Shown in pieces: positions 12,829-25,240 of a DNA stretch of 64,000 bases (positions are counted from its first letter, which is position 1; each line of letters begins with the position of its first letter). This DNA is from Vicugna vicugna (lineage: Eukaryota), in the NCBI GenBank assembly GCA_013265495.1, contig MU057640.1, positions 1,435,303 to 1,499,302 on the forward strand, given 5' to 3'. The translations under genes and the position numbers were made by a program. Below the pieces are notes generated by a model. That model saw only the letters and a program-made list of their open reading frames with translations. It was not told where the DNA came from and made no database searches.

Positions 12829-14029
12829 ATGTAAAAATTATTTATAATAAGAAACTGGAAATCCTTAATTTACAACAGCTGGAAATTTTAAATAAATGAT
12901 GGCATAGCTAATTATGGCACTATGAAAAAATATGTAAAACTGTATTTAATGAGCATTATCTTACTTAAAAAATGAATATACATGTACTAAAAAGATGAGA
13001 CAAGTAAGATCACTAGTAATCAACAACCAGGATTAATTTTCCTATTCTCTATAGTTCCTAATTTTCTGTAATGAATATATATATATATAACTTTTATAAT
13101 AGGAAGATTTTTTTTAAAGTATAAAAAATCTATTTGGTTTGCAAATGGTCAGTAAGTATAAAGAACATTTTAAAAGGCTGCATATTAATGTAATTCTCTA
13201 CTTTCAATGTTAGTTAATACTAATTCAAATGCTATCTCAGGAAAAAAAAAAGTATTTAACATCCAAATGAAAGAAATTACAATGAAACACCTGTCTCTAA
13301 TTCAATTTCTTTATATTTAATAGAACACCTTTTGCAGAGATAGTGCAGCAAGATGTCTTTGTAAAACGCTTTTGAAAGATTTGGAAGGAAGTCCCTCGGA
13401 GACAGCCAGAAATGCAGACAAGGCAGAAGTCACTGCGGCTCCTGGGCCAGGATCAAACATGTATCTCAAAAACTCTGCACAGCCCCTCACCTCCTTGTTG
13501 ACCAACTGTTCGCATGAGTTGTTCAGGCTGCTTTTGCTGAGCTTCTGCATCACTTAATGTTTCTACCTGACTCGAATGAAGCTGGGAAGATCTCCCCTCT
13601 TGCTGCCCTGAAGTTCAGAGGCACAGCCTCCCGTGTTCAGAGGTGGGGGCTCCATGCGAAGAGGGAAAAATGAATTGATACAATAAAGCAAATACGTTTT
13701 GAACACCTAGTTTCAGTGGCTCACTGGTGTCTGAAGTTAATAACAAGGTGTGCATTTGGAAAATAAGCGACAGGTTTTATTATATGTTATCAATTTGTTC
13801 TGAAATCATGTATCTAATAGGCCCTGATGTCCTTGAGGCTGCAAAACAAAGAGCACAGAAATTCTCTGGAATATGGAATCAGTAAGCAGGGCGTTCGCTT
13901 TGATGCACGTGGACACAGAAAGCTGCGTAATGAGTAATATTCCCATTTCCGTGTAGATGGTTCGTCTGTTAGCTGCTGTTATTGGCTGGACCCGAAGTCC
14001 AGGTATTTTGTTTTTTGAAGTCTTATCTT

Positions 14030-14660
14030 GACTGCTTTTAGACTCACAGGAAAGTTGCAAATATAGTACAAAAGGAGTTCCCATTTATCCCTAACCTAGG
14101 CTCCTCCAATGTTAACATTTTCTGTAACTACCTACACACAGAACAATCATCATTAATCACAATCAGGAATTTTTAACATCTATTAAAAATCTTACTCAAA
14201 CTTCACTAGTTTTTCCACTATGCTCCTTCTTGTTCTGAAATCCCAATTCATTACTCCACGTAGCATTTAATTGTTACTATCTCTCCTTAGTCCCCTGCAG
14301 TCTGTTACAGTTCCTGTTACAATTCTTGTCTTTTGTGACCTGGACACCTTTGAACAGCACTTATCTCTCACTTTGGGTTTGTCTGGTGGTTGCACATGAT
14401 TGGACTAAGGTTATACATTTTGGGCAAGAGAACCACAAACATGATGTAAACTCAGGGCATCATTTCATGGGTTCATAATAGGGACCCTCGATTCATTCCA
14501 TGAAGGTGGCATGTGTCAGGTTTCTTCACTATAAAGTTACTCTATTTCTCTTTGTGGTTTACAAGTATCTTCAGGGAGATACTTTGCGATTACACAAATC
14601 CTGCTTCTCCTCCTGTTTCTCTTCAAACTGTCATCCATTGATTTTAGCATCCATCATTTG
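14030..14660 (-). mobile_element. Old L1 (L1MC/MB-like) 3' end
   Basis: TTTTAGACTCACAGGAAAGTTGCAAATATAGTACA...GGGAGATACTTTG matches a recalled antisense old-L1 3'UTR. Confidence 0.65.
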
Positions 14661-16204
14661 TGTCTAATAAGGTTTACAAAAGGAAAAATCAGTCTCCATA
14701 ATGGTGTCTGGGGCCTTTGGGGATCAATTAATGGTCTTGGTTAATGTCCACAAACCACCACAGACTTGTCTGTGGTCTCATTTCCTGGAAAAAGAGGAAA
14801 AGGAACTACACCATAGTATTCGGTGTCTGGAGTATAAGACAAGGTCACTTATACAGAGGGCCCTCCCTGCCTCTACCTGATGCTATAAATACAAGATACA
14901 CTGGCTCCTCAACTCAATCAATTTTATGCTTTACATCAGCACCAAACAGTCACACAACTGTGAAACACCCACTGAGCCTGCCTCATCAGCGGTCCTTGCC
15001 TTCAGGGAGTGCTTAGACTATCAGCCAGTGCATCACAGAAAGTGCTGGGCAGAAACTGGGGCACAGGGGACTTGGAACTGTGGTGGGAGAGCACCCGTAC
15101 CTTTGGGAAGGAGGGGTTACGCAGGCATCACAAGCCCAGGAGAGGCAGGAGCTTGCCGGGGGAGGGGTGGGTACGAGGGGCAGGGAGAACACCACAGTTG
15201 GATGCAGGCACTCAGGCGGGAGGGGAGGGAAGGCAGCTCCGTGCAGGCGGGGAGCATGGTAACCCCCCAACTCCGACACCTGTGAGGGTTCTATCTGGCA
15301 CCAGGTCCGCCGCCCTCTCACTCTACGGGGACACCACCTCCCTGTTAGGGGGTCTCACTTCTCTCTCAGTGCTAGCCTTCAGTGCCCCCACGCAAGGTGA
15401 AGCCAGCAGGGGAAAGAGACCCACAGCCCTGCAGGGGAAGCCAGCCACCCCCACCAGTCCTCCTCGGCCTCTGTTCATACATGTGGCAAAGATCACTGGA
15501 CAACTGAGGAAAACCAACAGCGTGAAAGAGAAAAAACAAGACAAACAGAAAATACAACTCAGGAGACACATCATTCAAGGAAAAGAACTCAGAAAAAAAA
15601 AGTTTTAATTAATATCAGTGGAGAAATGTGGGGCTATACAGTAAGGATGAGCTCTTACGAAAAACAATTACAGGAAAACAAAAACAATGAGTTCCTGGGG
15701 AATAAAGCCACAATTGCTGAAATAACATAAAGTGATAAAACATAGAGGCAATAAAACAGAGACTGCTACATACCAATCCCTTACCCAGAAGATAAAACTG
15801 ACACAGAACAAAAATAAAAAGAAACTGAAACTACAAAAGGTAAAAAATGGAGGCTAAAACCAGAGGTTCCATCATCCACCAAAGTGGAGGTCCAGATAGA
15901 GGACACAAAGAAATGCTAAAAGACTTTGTAAAATATTTTTTAAGAATCAGGGAAAAAATGGATGTTCAGCAGCTTCTTATCAGCATCTTAACGGCACTAA
16001 TGGCAGAGAGCAAATTCCATGAAGACAGTTGGCTCTGCTTTTGTTCCCCTCTGAGCACAGTAGCTGGCAGAGAGCAAATGCTTAATAAATATTATTTATT
16101 AAATGAATAAATAAATGTATGAGGGTGCAGTTGTTAATTTTTAAAACTACTTAAAAAAACATGAAGGGCACTCATTAATAGTAAATTGGATACAGACACC
16201 CACA

Positions 16205-16410
16205 CAAGTGACATAAATCTGGCAAAATCTGAGTAAGGCGTGTGGATTGTACCAACATCAATTTCCTGGTTTCGCCGCCATTACTGAGATGCTACCATTG
16301 GGGCGGGGAGCGGGGAACCGGGTGAAGAGTACACAGGACCTTTCTGTGCTGCTTTTTAAACTTAATGTGAATCTGTAATTATTTCAAAATAGAACAATGA
16401 AAAAAGAAAA
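16205..16410 (+). mobile_element. Old L1 (L1MC/MD-like) 3' terminus
   Basis: GATTGTACCAACATCAATTTCCTGGTT...GGGTGAAGAGTACACAGGACC...GTGAATCTGTAATTATTTCAAAAT. Confidence 0.7.
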
Positions 16411-16734
16411 AAAAAGTAAATTGGATAATAAATTTCTCTGTAAGAAAAAACAGACAATTACACATGGAATTACCGGGAGCAGGACTGGGATTTCTCTCTC
16501 CAACTCCGCACCATTGATTTTTCTAGTAAGCACGCATATGTACTTTTGTTTGATTTGTTTATTGTCTGGTCCCCTCCGTCAGCATGTAAGCTCCGAGAGG
16601 GTGCCCCATTTTATTTCCCAGTCCATGTGCCCCAAACCATGCCCAGCGTGATGCAGGCACTCCTGCACACGTGGCAGCCACAGAGGTGCAATAATGAAGA
16701 TCTCCCTTCCAGGAAGGCCTTACAACCCATTTAG

Positions 16735-17156
16735 CCACAGGAAATGCAATCAGCTCAAAGTCTCTGGCTGGAGGGTCTTCTGATTGTCCACAGTTTTCCA
16801 GTCCAGCCACACTCTTCCTGGGCAGCCCTCATCCAGGGACTGAGCAGGCCCGGGGTGACAGGGCCAGCCGTTACGGCCCAACAAGGGATCTCTCTAAGGC
16901 TCATTTTCCCTCCACAGTGCTGGCTGAGTCTTCCTTGGATGTGAACCGCGGGCGAGGGTCCCCCTCCCACTTTTGCTGCCTCTCCCTTTTACTTTCACAA
17001 TGTCAGACGTGCACCATGGGCTAAAGGCCTTCCCTGTTCAAGTCTGCTTCCTCCCAGCTCTTCTGTCACAGGTGTTACCCCCGAGTCCCTAACAAAGCAC
17101 CTGCATGCCTAACCTGTCTCAATACCTGCCTCTCGGGGAACTCAACTGATGCGACA
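16735..17156 (+). mobile_element. ERVL solo LTR (LTR16-like)
   Basis: 3' end CACAGGTGTTACCCCCGAGTCCCTAACAAAGCACCTGCATG...GGGGAACTCAACTGATGCGACA matches the recalled LTR16 terminus. Confidence 0.65.
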
Positions 17157-18406
17157 CGTTTGTTGCATGATTAAACCATAAATGCAAGCGTGTAAGATGT
17201 AAAATGCGTGATTAGATTGTATTTGGCAAAGAAAAGGTTAGATTTGAGTAGGGCGGACTAGAGATGGAAAGACTAAGACACTTACTGCTAGAACTGGGGC
17301 AAGAGGCCATAAGGGCTCAAAGGTACAGACCTGAGACTGGGACACAGAATAAAAAGTCAGAAGCGATTTGAAGGCAGACTCAGGGGCCTCCCAACTGACT
17401 GCAGGTTGAGATCAATAAAGAGAAAGGCCTTAAAGAGGCTTCGGTGTTTCAGATCCAAGTGCTGATAATAACGGTGGCGTTTACAGCAGGAGGGCAATGA
17501 TGAGGGAGGCTTGCTTAGGGAGAAAAACAAAGAGGTCAAAGCTTGTGTCCCAGGTTTCTAGTTGCCAGCCTAAGAGCTGGTGGACTTGAGTTCTGGCTGA
17601 TGAGAAATGGCCCTTGAACTGAAGAGAAAGCCTGGGAATAGGAGTCTTTCATTTGGCTATGAATGTATACAAATTACCTTTTCCAAAAATAATTTTTTGA
17701 GGTTCCTTAGTTATAAAGGAAATATGTAAATCATGCTAATGAAATGGGAAAATAAAAGACAAACATGGAAACAAATGAGTTATTCATGCAAGTTGTATAA
17801 TCGAGCATCAAATTTGCTTCTGGGAGTTGAGGAAAAGCAGGAGGTACACTAAAAAAATAAATGAATAAAACAAGCTAGCAAATCAAACACACCTATCATC
17901 AGAAAGCAGGCATTTGGCAGCTACCAGAAAACAATTCCTGGCATCAAATTCTAAAATAAATTTCTCACATGGAACTGTCTAAAAGGCTGAAGAATGACAA
18001 ATAGACAGTGTCTTCATCACCAGTTTTACTGCAAAAGTGAGTTCTGTTTTTATATGATAGGATCTTTACAAGGTGATCTTGAATAAAGTCAAGTGTCTGA
18101 GCAAATGTGGCCTTCTGGAGGTCTAGCTGGATTTTAAAAATAAAACAGAGAGGAGCGGTTGAGGCATGAGCCCTTTTTATCAACTTTCACAAACCTCTGC
18201 ACCGAGATGGCTCAGTTAATATGGAATCCTGAACGCCTCACAGACCAGAGTTCAGACAACCAGTGATGGGACTCAGATCTTGGCCAAGAAAAGACAGGAT
18301 GCCTGTTTTCAAAAGAGCAAAAATACAAATCTTCCCACTGTAATGGCCTTCTTGTCACTGAAGGCCCTGAACAGATAAAGAGACAGCAGCAAAACATTCC
18401 TAGGTT

Positions 18407-18622
18407 CAAAGTGTAGAATAGATAAACAAGATTACACTGTATAAACAAGAGTATACTGTATACTCGCAGAGAAAAAAAAGTGACAATGAATATATGTATG
18501 TTCATGTATAACTAAAAAATTGTGCTCTACACTGGAATTTGACACAACATTGTAAAATGATTATAAATCAATAAAAAAATGTAAAAAATAAATAAAATTT
18601 CTAACAACAACAACAACAAAAA
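18407..18622 (+). mobile_element. 5'-truncated young L1 3' end
   Basis: Near-identical to 54459-54709 over GTGACAATGAATATATGTATGTTCATGTATAACT...; AATAAA and A-rich tail; TSD ATTCCTAGGTT at 18396-18406 and 18623-18633. Confidence 0.8.
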
Positions 18623-18924
18623 ATTCCTAGGTTAGTTTCTCAAGAAATTACTTAGTGCCCCAAATTTCCCTGAAAGGGTTAAATCACTGGAGTGCTACCT
18701 TCAAACAAATTAAATACAGTTTATGTGCTTTTAATAAAAAGTAAAAGACAAGGGCATTAAAACAATCCAGTATTAGACATATATAAAATCTTTCCCTATT
18801 AGTTTTGGCAGAAGTGAACTATTAAGTTCGAGAGCAAAGAGCATAACATGGTTCAGGAGACCAGACTTGTTGACTTTGGAGTTTATCATTTAGCTGAAAT
18901 ACGACTGTCCAAAAACTAACACAG

Positions 18925-19016
18925 GGGAAGGGGTGGAGGTGGGTGTAGCTCAGTGGTAGAGCGCCTGCTTAGCATGCATGAGGTCCTGGGTTCAATCTCC
19001 AGTACTTCCATTTAAA
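18925..19016 (+). mobile_element. tRNA-derived SINE, Vic-1-like
   Basis: A box TAGCTCAGTGG, B box GGTTCAATC, ends TCCATTTAAAA; TSD-like AAAACTAA(AA)CACAG on both sides. Confidence 0.85.
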
Positions 19017-20371
19017 ACTAAAACACAGAATAAGAACTCTGAGTTATAAGGCATCCCATAGGAGTTTCCTCAAGCTTAATGTTGCTACACTTAGAGAAGA
19101 ATTAAAAAAACAAACAAACAAAATGAGCATAGGTTTTTACAAATAAGTTTAGCTGCATGGTGTTCCCTGATGTTGCATACGTACCATACACTAACCCACT
19201 AAAACGTAAAATAGGTACGTAATGAGGCTCATTTAACAACTGGATTTGATGAATAGCTCCTGATAACAAAACCGGAGAATATATCAGAGTACTAAAGCTG
19301 TCACTTCAAGTACAAATGAACTTCAGGGTGTATGTCCTAAAGCAACGTTAAAGCCAGATGACTGTAAGAGGGTGAGACGTAAATAAAGAAAACTGGGTAT
19401 TACAACAGCAACTTAAATCCAACTTGTTTGTGTCCTCACACTGATAATTCTGGGTTCCAGCACACTGCTGAACCTGGTGTGTATGTGTGTGCATGCGCGT
19501 GCAAACACACGTATGTGGTGGGGTGGGATGGGAGGAGGTGCGGGTGTAGGAGGAGGAAGGTGAACAGTAGAAAAAAATCCAACCTGGTAGTTTAAAGTCA
19601 TAAGAACAAGCAGGTGCATAAGCACTAGTTTTCCTTCTTTTCAGGAGGGGGAAAATACTCTTAGCTGAGCTGCAGACCAGATAAGGGCAGTTGCTCCTGC
19701 CCACTGGGCAGTATGGAGGGGCCCTTCCTTATCACAGCATCCTCAACAACTTGATCTGTGAGTGGCACCCGGCCTGGCGTCAGATAAGCCTAAGACACTT
19801 TTGATCGAGGGAGCAACCAACAGGCAACCCGTGGGCTTCCAGTCTCTTTCCCAGTAATGCATCCTTCCGGGTGAGGTTCAGGGAGGACACGCCTCAGACA
19901 CTTGCACACTCAGTGCAAAACTGAAAAAGTCCTGTGCTGGTACTTGAATCATGGTGACTATCTAAATAAAAACTAAACACAAAATATACATGTACTCAAA
20001 GGGAGACGACCAGATGAATCTTAATGCTATCCTACTGCCTGGTTTGTGTCTCTCTAGGAAGGATGTGGTTGTATCACCTGGACTTATCACAATGACAACT
20101 TTGCCTCGGGGTCCTAGGAGCACTGCGTGAGGAGGTCTGTGTAAAGCACAAAGTAATAACACAATAAATGTTAGTGATGTTATTACTGGCATTTAATCCT
20201 CAGTGAGCCTCAATAGAAACATCACACACACTAGCAAAACAGGGAGAAGTGGGCAGGAGGAAGGACCAGAAAGAAGAATGCTGATGGTGTGTTGCTTACT
20301 TCAATAAATGCAAACATTGGGATTCCCTACTGGGCCACTAATTTCCAGCAATAACGCACTGGGCTTATTAC

Positions 20372-20404
20372 CTGATGAAGCCAAGTATCCTCTAAAGCCG
20401 GAAT
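20372..20404 (-). CDS. SIPA1L1: Candidate 33-nt alternative microexon of SIPA1L1 (adds DSGFRGYLASS)
   Basis: attattttgcAG|ATTCCGGCTTTAGAGGATACTTGGCTTCATCAG|GTAATA; multiple of 3, phase 1-1, no stop in the gene's frame. Confidence 0.5.
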
Positions 20405-21129
20405 CTGCAAAATAATGATGTTCATAACAATGTAATGTTCAAAAGTGATTACAGCCTCATCAGCCAAATACAATTAAAATTTACACATTTCGTGAACTGT
20501 AGAGTATACAGTTCAGTAAAGTGACTTCCCCCCCAGAGACTTAGCTACGATGAAGTCAGGAATCCATTAAATGGCAGAATGGAAAGTATCTGGTGATGAA
20601 GTGAGTGAGATCCAGGTCAGTAGCGCTACACCCTACTGCTGGAAGATAAATTACATCTGACAGTGATGTACTTCTTCAACAAGATGACTCGCTTCAGGAT
20701 TCTGATTAGGAAAAATGAGTGAGTGCACTAATTTCAGTGAATCAAGTCATACATTAAAAATCCTAAGACAGAGTTACTTGCCTAGCTATACTTTATACTG
20801 TGATGAAAAGTACAGATATCATATAAGTTTTTCAATACCCAGCTGTACTTTAGGGGTGTTAATTGCAGCCCCAAATGATGTCATTCATAGCCACAATTGG
20901 TTGTATATTATCATATTGTGACAAATGACCTACCTGACTTGAAGATTCTAAGTTGTGTGGCCCAAGAAAACATAGCAGGGGCTCTCTGTAACTGCCTTCC
21001 ACTGCCCCAGCTTCCTGGATTAACAACTGCTCTGAGTTTGCTCTGTAAACCACGATGATAAACTCCCAGTGGCATCAGCAAACCTCTAGTGCCACACACT
21101 TCCTGCTCCCACCAGCTGGACTCCATGCT

Positions 21130-21640
21130 GGCAAAGAGTCGGCCGTGTCTTCCTAAGCCTGTTTATGCCAGATGACTTGTTACTGTAATTTTGAAATTTA
21201 ATTTTATGAAAGCTAACGGAATATGAGAATGAAAGATAAACCTCAGTTCTATTAAAAACAAATTGCAGGCTTTGGAAAGACTTCATAAAAGCAAGTCTCT
21301 GAAAGGAAAGCTGTTGGATTACATGTGGGCAAGATCTATAAAAAAAAAAATGAGAACAATTTCTCAAACCTAAGATTCTGTAAGATTCAGGTTGCTTTGT
21401 CTATGTTTTTGCTTTTACAGTTTATAGTATTAACATAATGTAGAATCCAAAATAGTAGAACCACTGTCAAAAAAATGCTCTTGGCCTCACAAGAGTTTAG
21501 CAAATTTATTTTTATTATTACATATTTTAATGAAAGTGAAATATTTTGAGTATGCATACTTTTTAAAGATTCCCTGATTTAACTAGTTTTTTCAATTAAC
21601 TAGTTTCAATTATGTTGGTTAAGAAGGGTATTTTCCATAG
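21130..21640 (+). mobile_element. Tigger (pogo-like) DNA transposon relic
   Basis: About 21260-21335 reads KLQALERLHKSKSLK/AVGLHVGK, resembling the CENP-B/psq-type HTH at the N-terminus of Tigger transposases. Confidence 0.55.
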
Positions 21641-21824
21641 TTTAAATTAGAAAATACTTTGGATTAGCTGCTCTTAAATTTATGAAATATTATGATTTAA
21701 GTTGGATTACTCTGAGATACAAGTGTTCAAATTTTTATTCCATACTTTTTTAAAGACAAAATACTTGGAACAAATTTCTACCAGATTTAAAGATAAAACT
21801 ATATTTATTCCCTTTAGTCTAATG

Positions 21825-22095
21825 TAGCAGAGGGCAGAGCAACCAACAGCACGATTCTTTCTAGTCAGACACCCCCAAGGGGAGATCCTGGCCCCAACAT
21901 TCCCAGCTCCATGACAGCCTGACCACTTAACTCAGCCACTTAAGCTCAGTTTTCTCACCTGGAAAACAACATCAATCATGGTACCTACCACAGTGAGCAC
22001 GGAAAGGTTGAAATGAGAAAGCGCATGTCATGTCAAACGCTAAGCAAAGTTCCTGGGACACAGCAAGTGCTCAAAATGCTCATTATTAATGTTAT
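21825..22095 (+). mobile_element. MIR SINE
   Basis: Core GCTCAGTTTTCTCACCTGGAAAAC and tail CCTGGGACACAGCAAGTGCTCAAAATG. Confidence 0.75.
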
Positions 22096-22235
22096 TATAC
22101 TGCATAATAGAAAAAGATCCTACCACATCAATAAGATTATAAATAATATGTTCTCTCACACTGGAATGCCAAGTTTTTTAGCAAGATGGTCTCACCTACA
22201 GACAGCTCAGAAACACCTGTGGAGGTACAGTAAAG

Positions 22236-22442
22236 CAGGAGTTTTCAGCTAGGGGCAATTTTACCTCCCAAAGGACATCTGGAAATGCCTGGAGACATTT
22301 TAGGTTGTCACAGCTGGAGGAGGGAAGGGGGCAGAGTCCAGCGACACCGCTAAACGTCCTAAACCCTACAATGCACAGGACAGCCCCCCAACACAGAGTT
22401 ATACGGCCCCAAACGCCAAGACGGCAATGGCGAGAAACCCTG
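22236..22442 (+). mobile_element. MER20 (hAT-Charlie) DNA transposon
   Basis: CAGGAGTTTTCAGCTAGGGGCAATTTTACCTCCCAAAGGACATCTGG...GAGAAACCCTG. Confidence 0.85.
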
Positions 22443-23742
22443 TTGCCTAAAGAACAGGATAAGAAAAGAAGCAATTTCTAAAATCTGAACTCCAGAAAGT
22501 TATTCTGAGAAAATAAAGATTGCTTACAAGTGAAATTGGGATTTTCATTATCATGTTGATTCCAGGATCTATGCCATAGATATTTAAGACACATGGATAC
22601 TTAGCAATGAGATTCTTTTGGTCAATAAACCCTCTTGAATGGGGTCTATCATGTAGTAATCTTAGAACAAATTTTATTTTAAAGTGAGCAACGTCATAAA
22701 ACTCAACTAATAGACGGAAGTACTAGAAATGAAACTTCATTCAGAGGAATAAATCTAAATGAGATTCAAAATCCCAAAACAGTAGGTGGGAAACCAAAGC
22801 TGTTCGCGTAGTTTGCATATAGGGGGCTCTCAAGTGGGCTGAATGCATAGGATACCAAGCTGGCTAATGGACCACAGGTGAATGTCTTTCCTTGGCAAGC
22901 ATCCCGTTTTGTGGCTCAGGTACCTGCATGGCTTCAACTCATTCTTCAATTAACAATGATACTCAAAAACACTATCATAGAGCTCTTAAGAGTTCATTTA
23001 CTACTCTTTAATGAATCACAGGGTCTTCTTAAAAGCATGAATAAAACTGTATATAAAGTACAATCCAAAAAGATAGGCATATGTCTTCCCTTCATAAGCA
23101 GAAAAGACTAGGAAGGAAGTCACCAACACGGTCAATGGTACTTCTCACTCCAGTGCCTTTTACACTCAAATCTAAGACCCAGGTTGGACTCCTGGCTCTG
23201 TTGCTTTTATCAAGTAATATAATTAATTCTTAATAAAATTCCTGTGAAATGAGTAAGAATGTTATTATAATTCCCATTTACCGATGAGAACACATTGAGG
23301 CAGAAAAGAAATGGTCCTGTACTAACTGTAAAAGTGCTAAATAAATGAAAGGCAGCATTAAGACTGCTTGTGTAATGCTTAAAAAAAAAAAAGCTATATT
23401 TACGATATTTTCAACTTTCTGATATTTATCCCTAAAGGTCACACAACAAAGTCTTCTACACAAAGATTATAATTTCATCCACTAAATCAAAGAGTTTTTT
23501 TAAATTAATATTTTATATACAAGACAAGGCAAATATTTACTATATCTGAAAGGAGGAAGTAACTCAAAAAATGCAAAAGGAAATTCACTGTAGCAAATAA
23601 CCAGTTAACCATTTCACCATCAAGAGAAGGCACTCGTGAAAATCTTATATCACACTGCTTAAAAAACCCAATAGACAGTACATTTTCAGAAAGTATGGCA
23701 AAAAAAAAAAGAAAATTAAAATAATGAAAGATCTCTACTCAC

Positions 23743-25240
23743 CCTTCTGATAGAAAAATTTCCTGTAGTAGTAGGCGCCAAGATCCACATGTTCCACAAT
23801 GTATCTTTTCACTCGATCCAGATGCAACACCAAGCTCTCCTTGGGCACTTCAAGTACGGCCACGCCTGCATTTGTGCAATGGGAACTCAGTGTGGACTCA
23901 AAGGAGGCACTTTCACATCCACTAAAGGAGCCAGAATTTGACTTGGACAGGCTGATCTTCCTCTCCCCTTCTCCACCTATCTCATTCCGAAAATACGGAC
24001 AGCTCATTACAAGCTCATTGCTTTTGTCGTCTCCCTGGTCCATGCTGAGGCTCCCTTTGGAATTCAGGTCCTCCGTGCTGCCCATCGGGGAGCTGAAACT
24101 GGCCGAGTGGGACAGAGGCCCCGACACCAAGGACGCCACGGCAGCAGCCGAAGCCCCCGTGGTGGTGTTTCTCCTCTTAATTACATTGTGCCTGTTCATA
24201 ATGGCCTCGTTCAAGTCAAATAATATACTCTGAACATCGTAGTGGGCAAAGCACTTTGGACACGTCCAGGGCCTGACGGAGTCTTCCGACCGGTTATCTT
24301 CCAGATCTGACGACTTCCCAAGTTCTTCACCTTTGGCATTGCGTAATTTACGAAAAATGGACGAGTCTCCGGTTTCAGACTTGGAACGTCGCTTGAGTGG
24401 TTTTTCCCTTTCCTTAAAGAGCCTGAGGTTCTCTCTCTGGGAGATGGGCCCGTCTATAACATCCAAGGAGAAACCAGAACCCTTGCCCCCGCCGGCGATG
24501 AGAAAGTCGCTGAGCTTGGTGGGAGTGGGACCTCGATCAGACTTGTCGTCTTTGTAGCCCTTTAACAAGTCAAAGAAGCTTTCTCCGGACGTTCCCTGCT
24601 TATCGATTGAAGATGTGCTACCGTATTCCCTGTGCAGTGATGGCCCAGACTTGTATGTGGGCGAGATACATTCATCAAAGCTATCCACGTCAAGTTCACT
24701 TATGGTGATGTCGCTGTTGCTCCGCTGCCGGATCCTGCGCAGAGCTTTCCTGGGGGAGCTGGGATAGGCTTCAGGCATGAGAAATCTGGAGTCCATGTTC
24801 TCCGATGGCCGCGTCTTGTTTTTCAGTGTGTTCTGTATGCTTTTTAACATGGCTGAGTCACTGGAATTGAGGCTTACAGAACTTCCCTGACTCACAGGAC
24901 TGCTTTTGGAGGACATGCTCTCAAGGCAACTTGAGGTTTCTATTTCCTGGCTTGAACGGCTAGATTCTTTGACATTTTCCTTTCTTGGGGGCCAATCTGC
25001 AATCCGTGCCCTAACCCCCATCTTTGGGACTCCGGGGGTTGAGGTTATATGGTGAGGACCTTCGCTCCGGGGAGGTCCCACGGGAGCCATGACCGAGGAC
25101 CCTAAGCTGCCATTCTGGGACCTGAAGCGGCGCATGTAGAAGTCGTCTGTGTGGACTTTGGGGGTGCCATCCGTGCTTACCACCGACGCCCTGTCAGTGG
25201 CAACCGGCCTCTCTGTCTGCGACCGTTTCAAGCTGGTCAT
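23743..25240 (-). CDS. SIPA1L1: SIPA1L1 (signal-induced proliferation-associated 1-like 1 / SPAR1) first coding exon, coding part; N-terminal region preceding the RapGAP domain
   Basis: [15 protein letters not shown]...[18 protein letters not shown] matches the recalled mammalian SIPA1L1 N-terminus. ATG context ACATCATGA. Donor AAG G|GTGAGT with GT at 23742-23741; 1498 nt coding, phase 1. The ORF track's final 'GE*' is intron read-through. Confidence 0.97.

Larger units (their letters stand above)
4780..23742 (-). other. SIPA1L1: SIPA1L1 intron (about 19 kb, GT-AG, phase 1)
   Basis: Bounded by GTGAGT at 23742 and AG at 4781-4780; flanking exons join in frame. Confidence 0.9.

Noticed and set aside
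13317..13553. 78-aa sense-strand intronic ORF (MMQKLSKSSLNN...)
   Set aside because: No similarity to SIPA1L1 or any family I recognise, and only a weak donor (AAG|GTGTTC).
15009..15608. 199-aa ORF and overlapping ORFs
   Set aside because: GC-rich, stop-poor sequence open in several frames on both strands; no homology recognised.
18940..19010. tRNA-Ala-like gene
   Set aside because: One of six similar copies with tails and TSDs; a tRNA-derived SINE, not a tRNA gene.
20372..20404. DSG at the start of the microexon peptide as a beta-TrCP degron
   Set aside because: The canonical degron is DSGxxS; here it is DSGFRG, lacking the second serine.
23282..23325. 44-nt AG...GT bounded segment on the gene strand
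   Set aside because: MIR-like sequence, frameshifting, with no other support.
23799..24557. Plus-strand ORFs of 144 aa and 74 aa over the SIPA1L1 exon
   Set aside because: Antisense shadows of a real coding exon; no recognisable protein.
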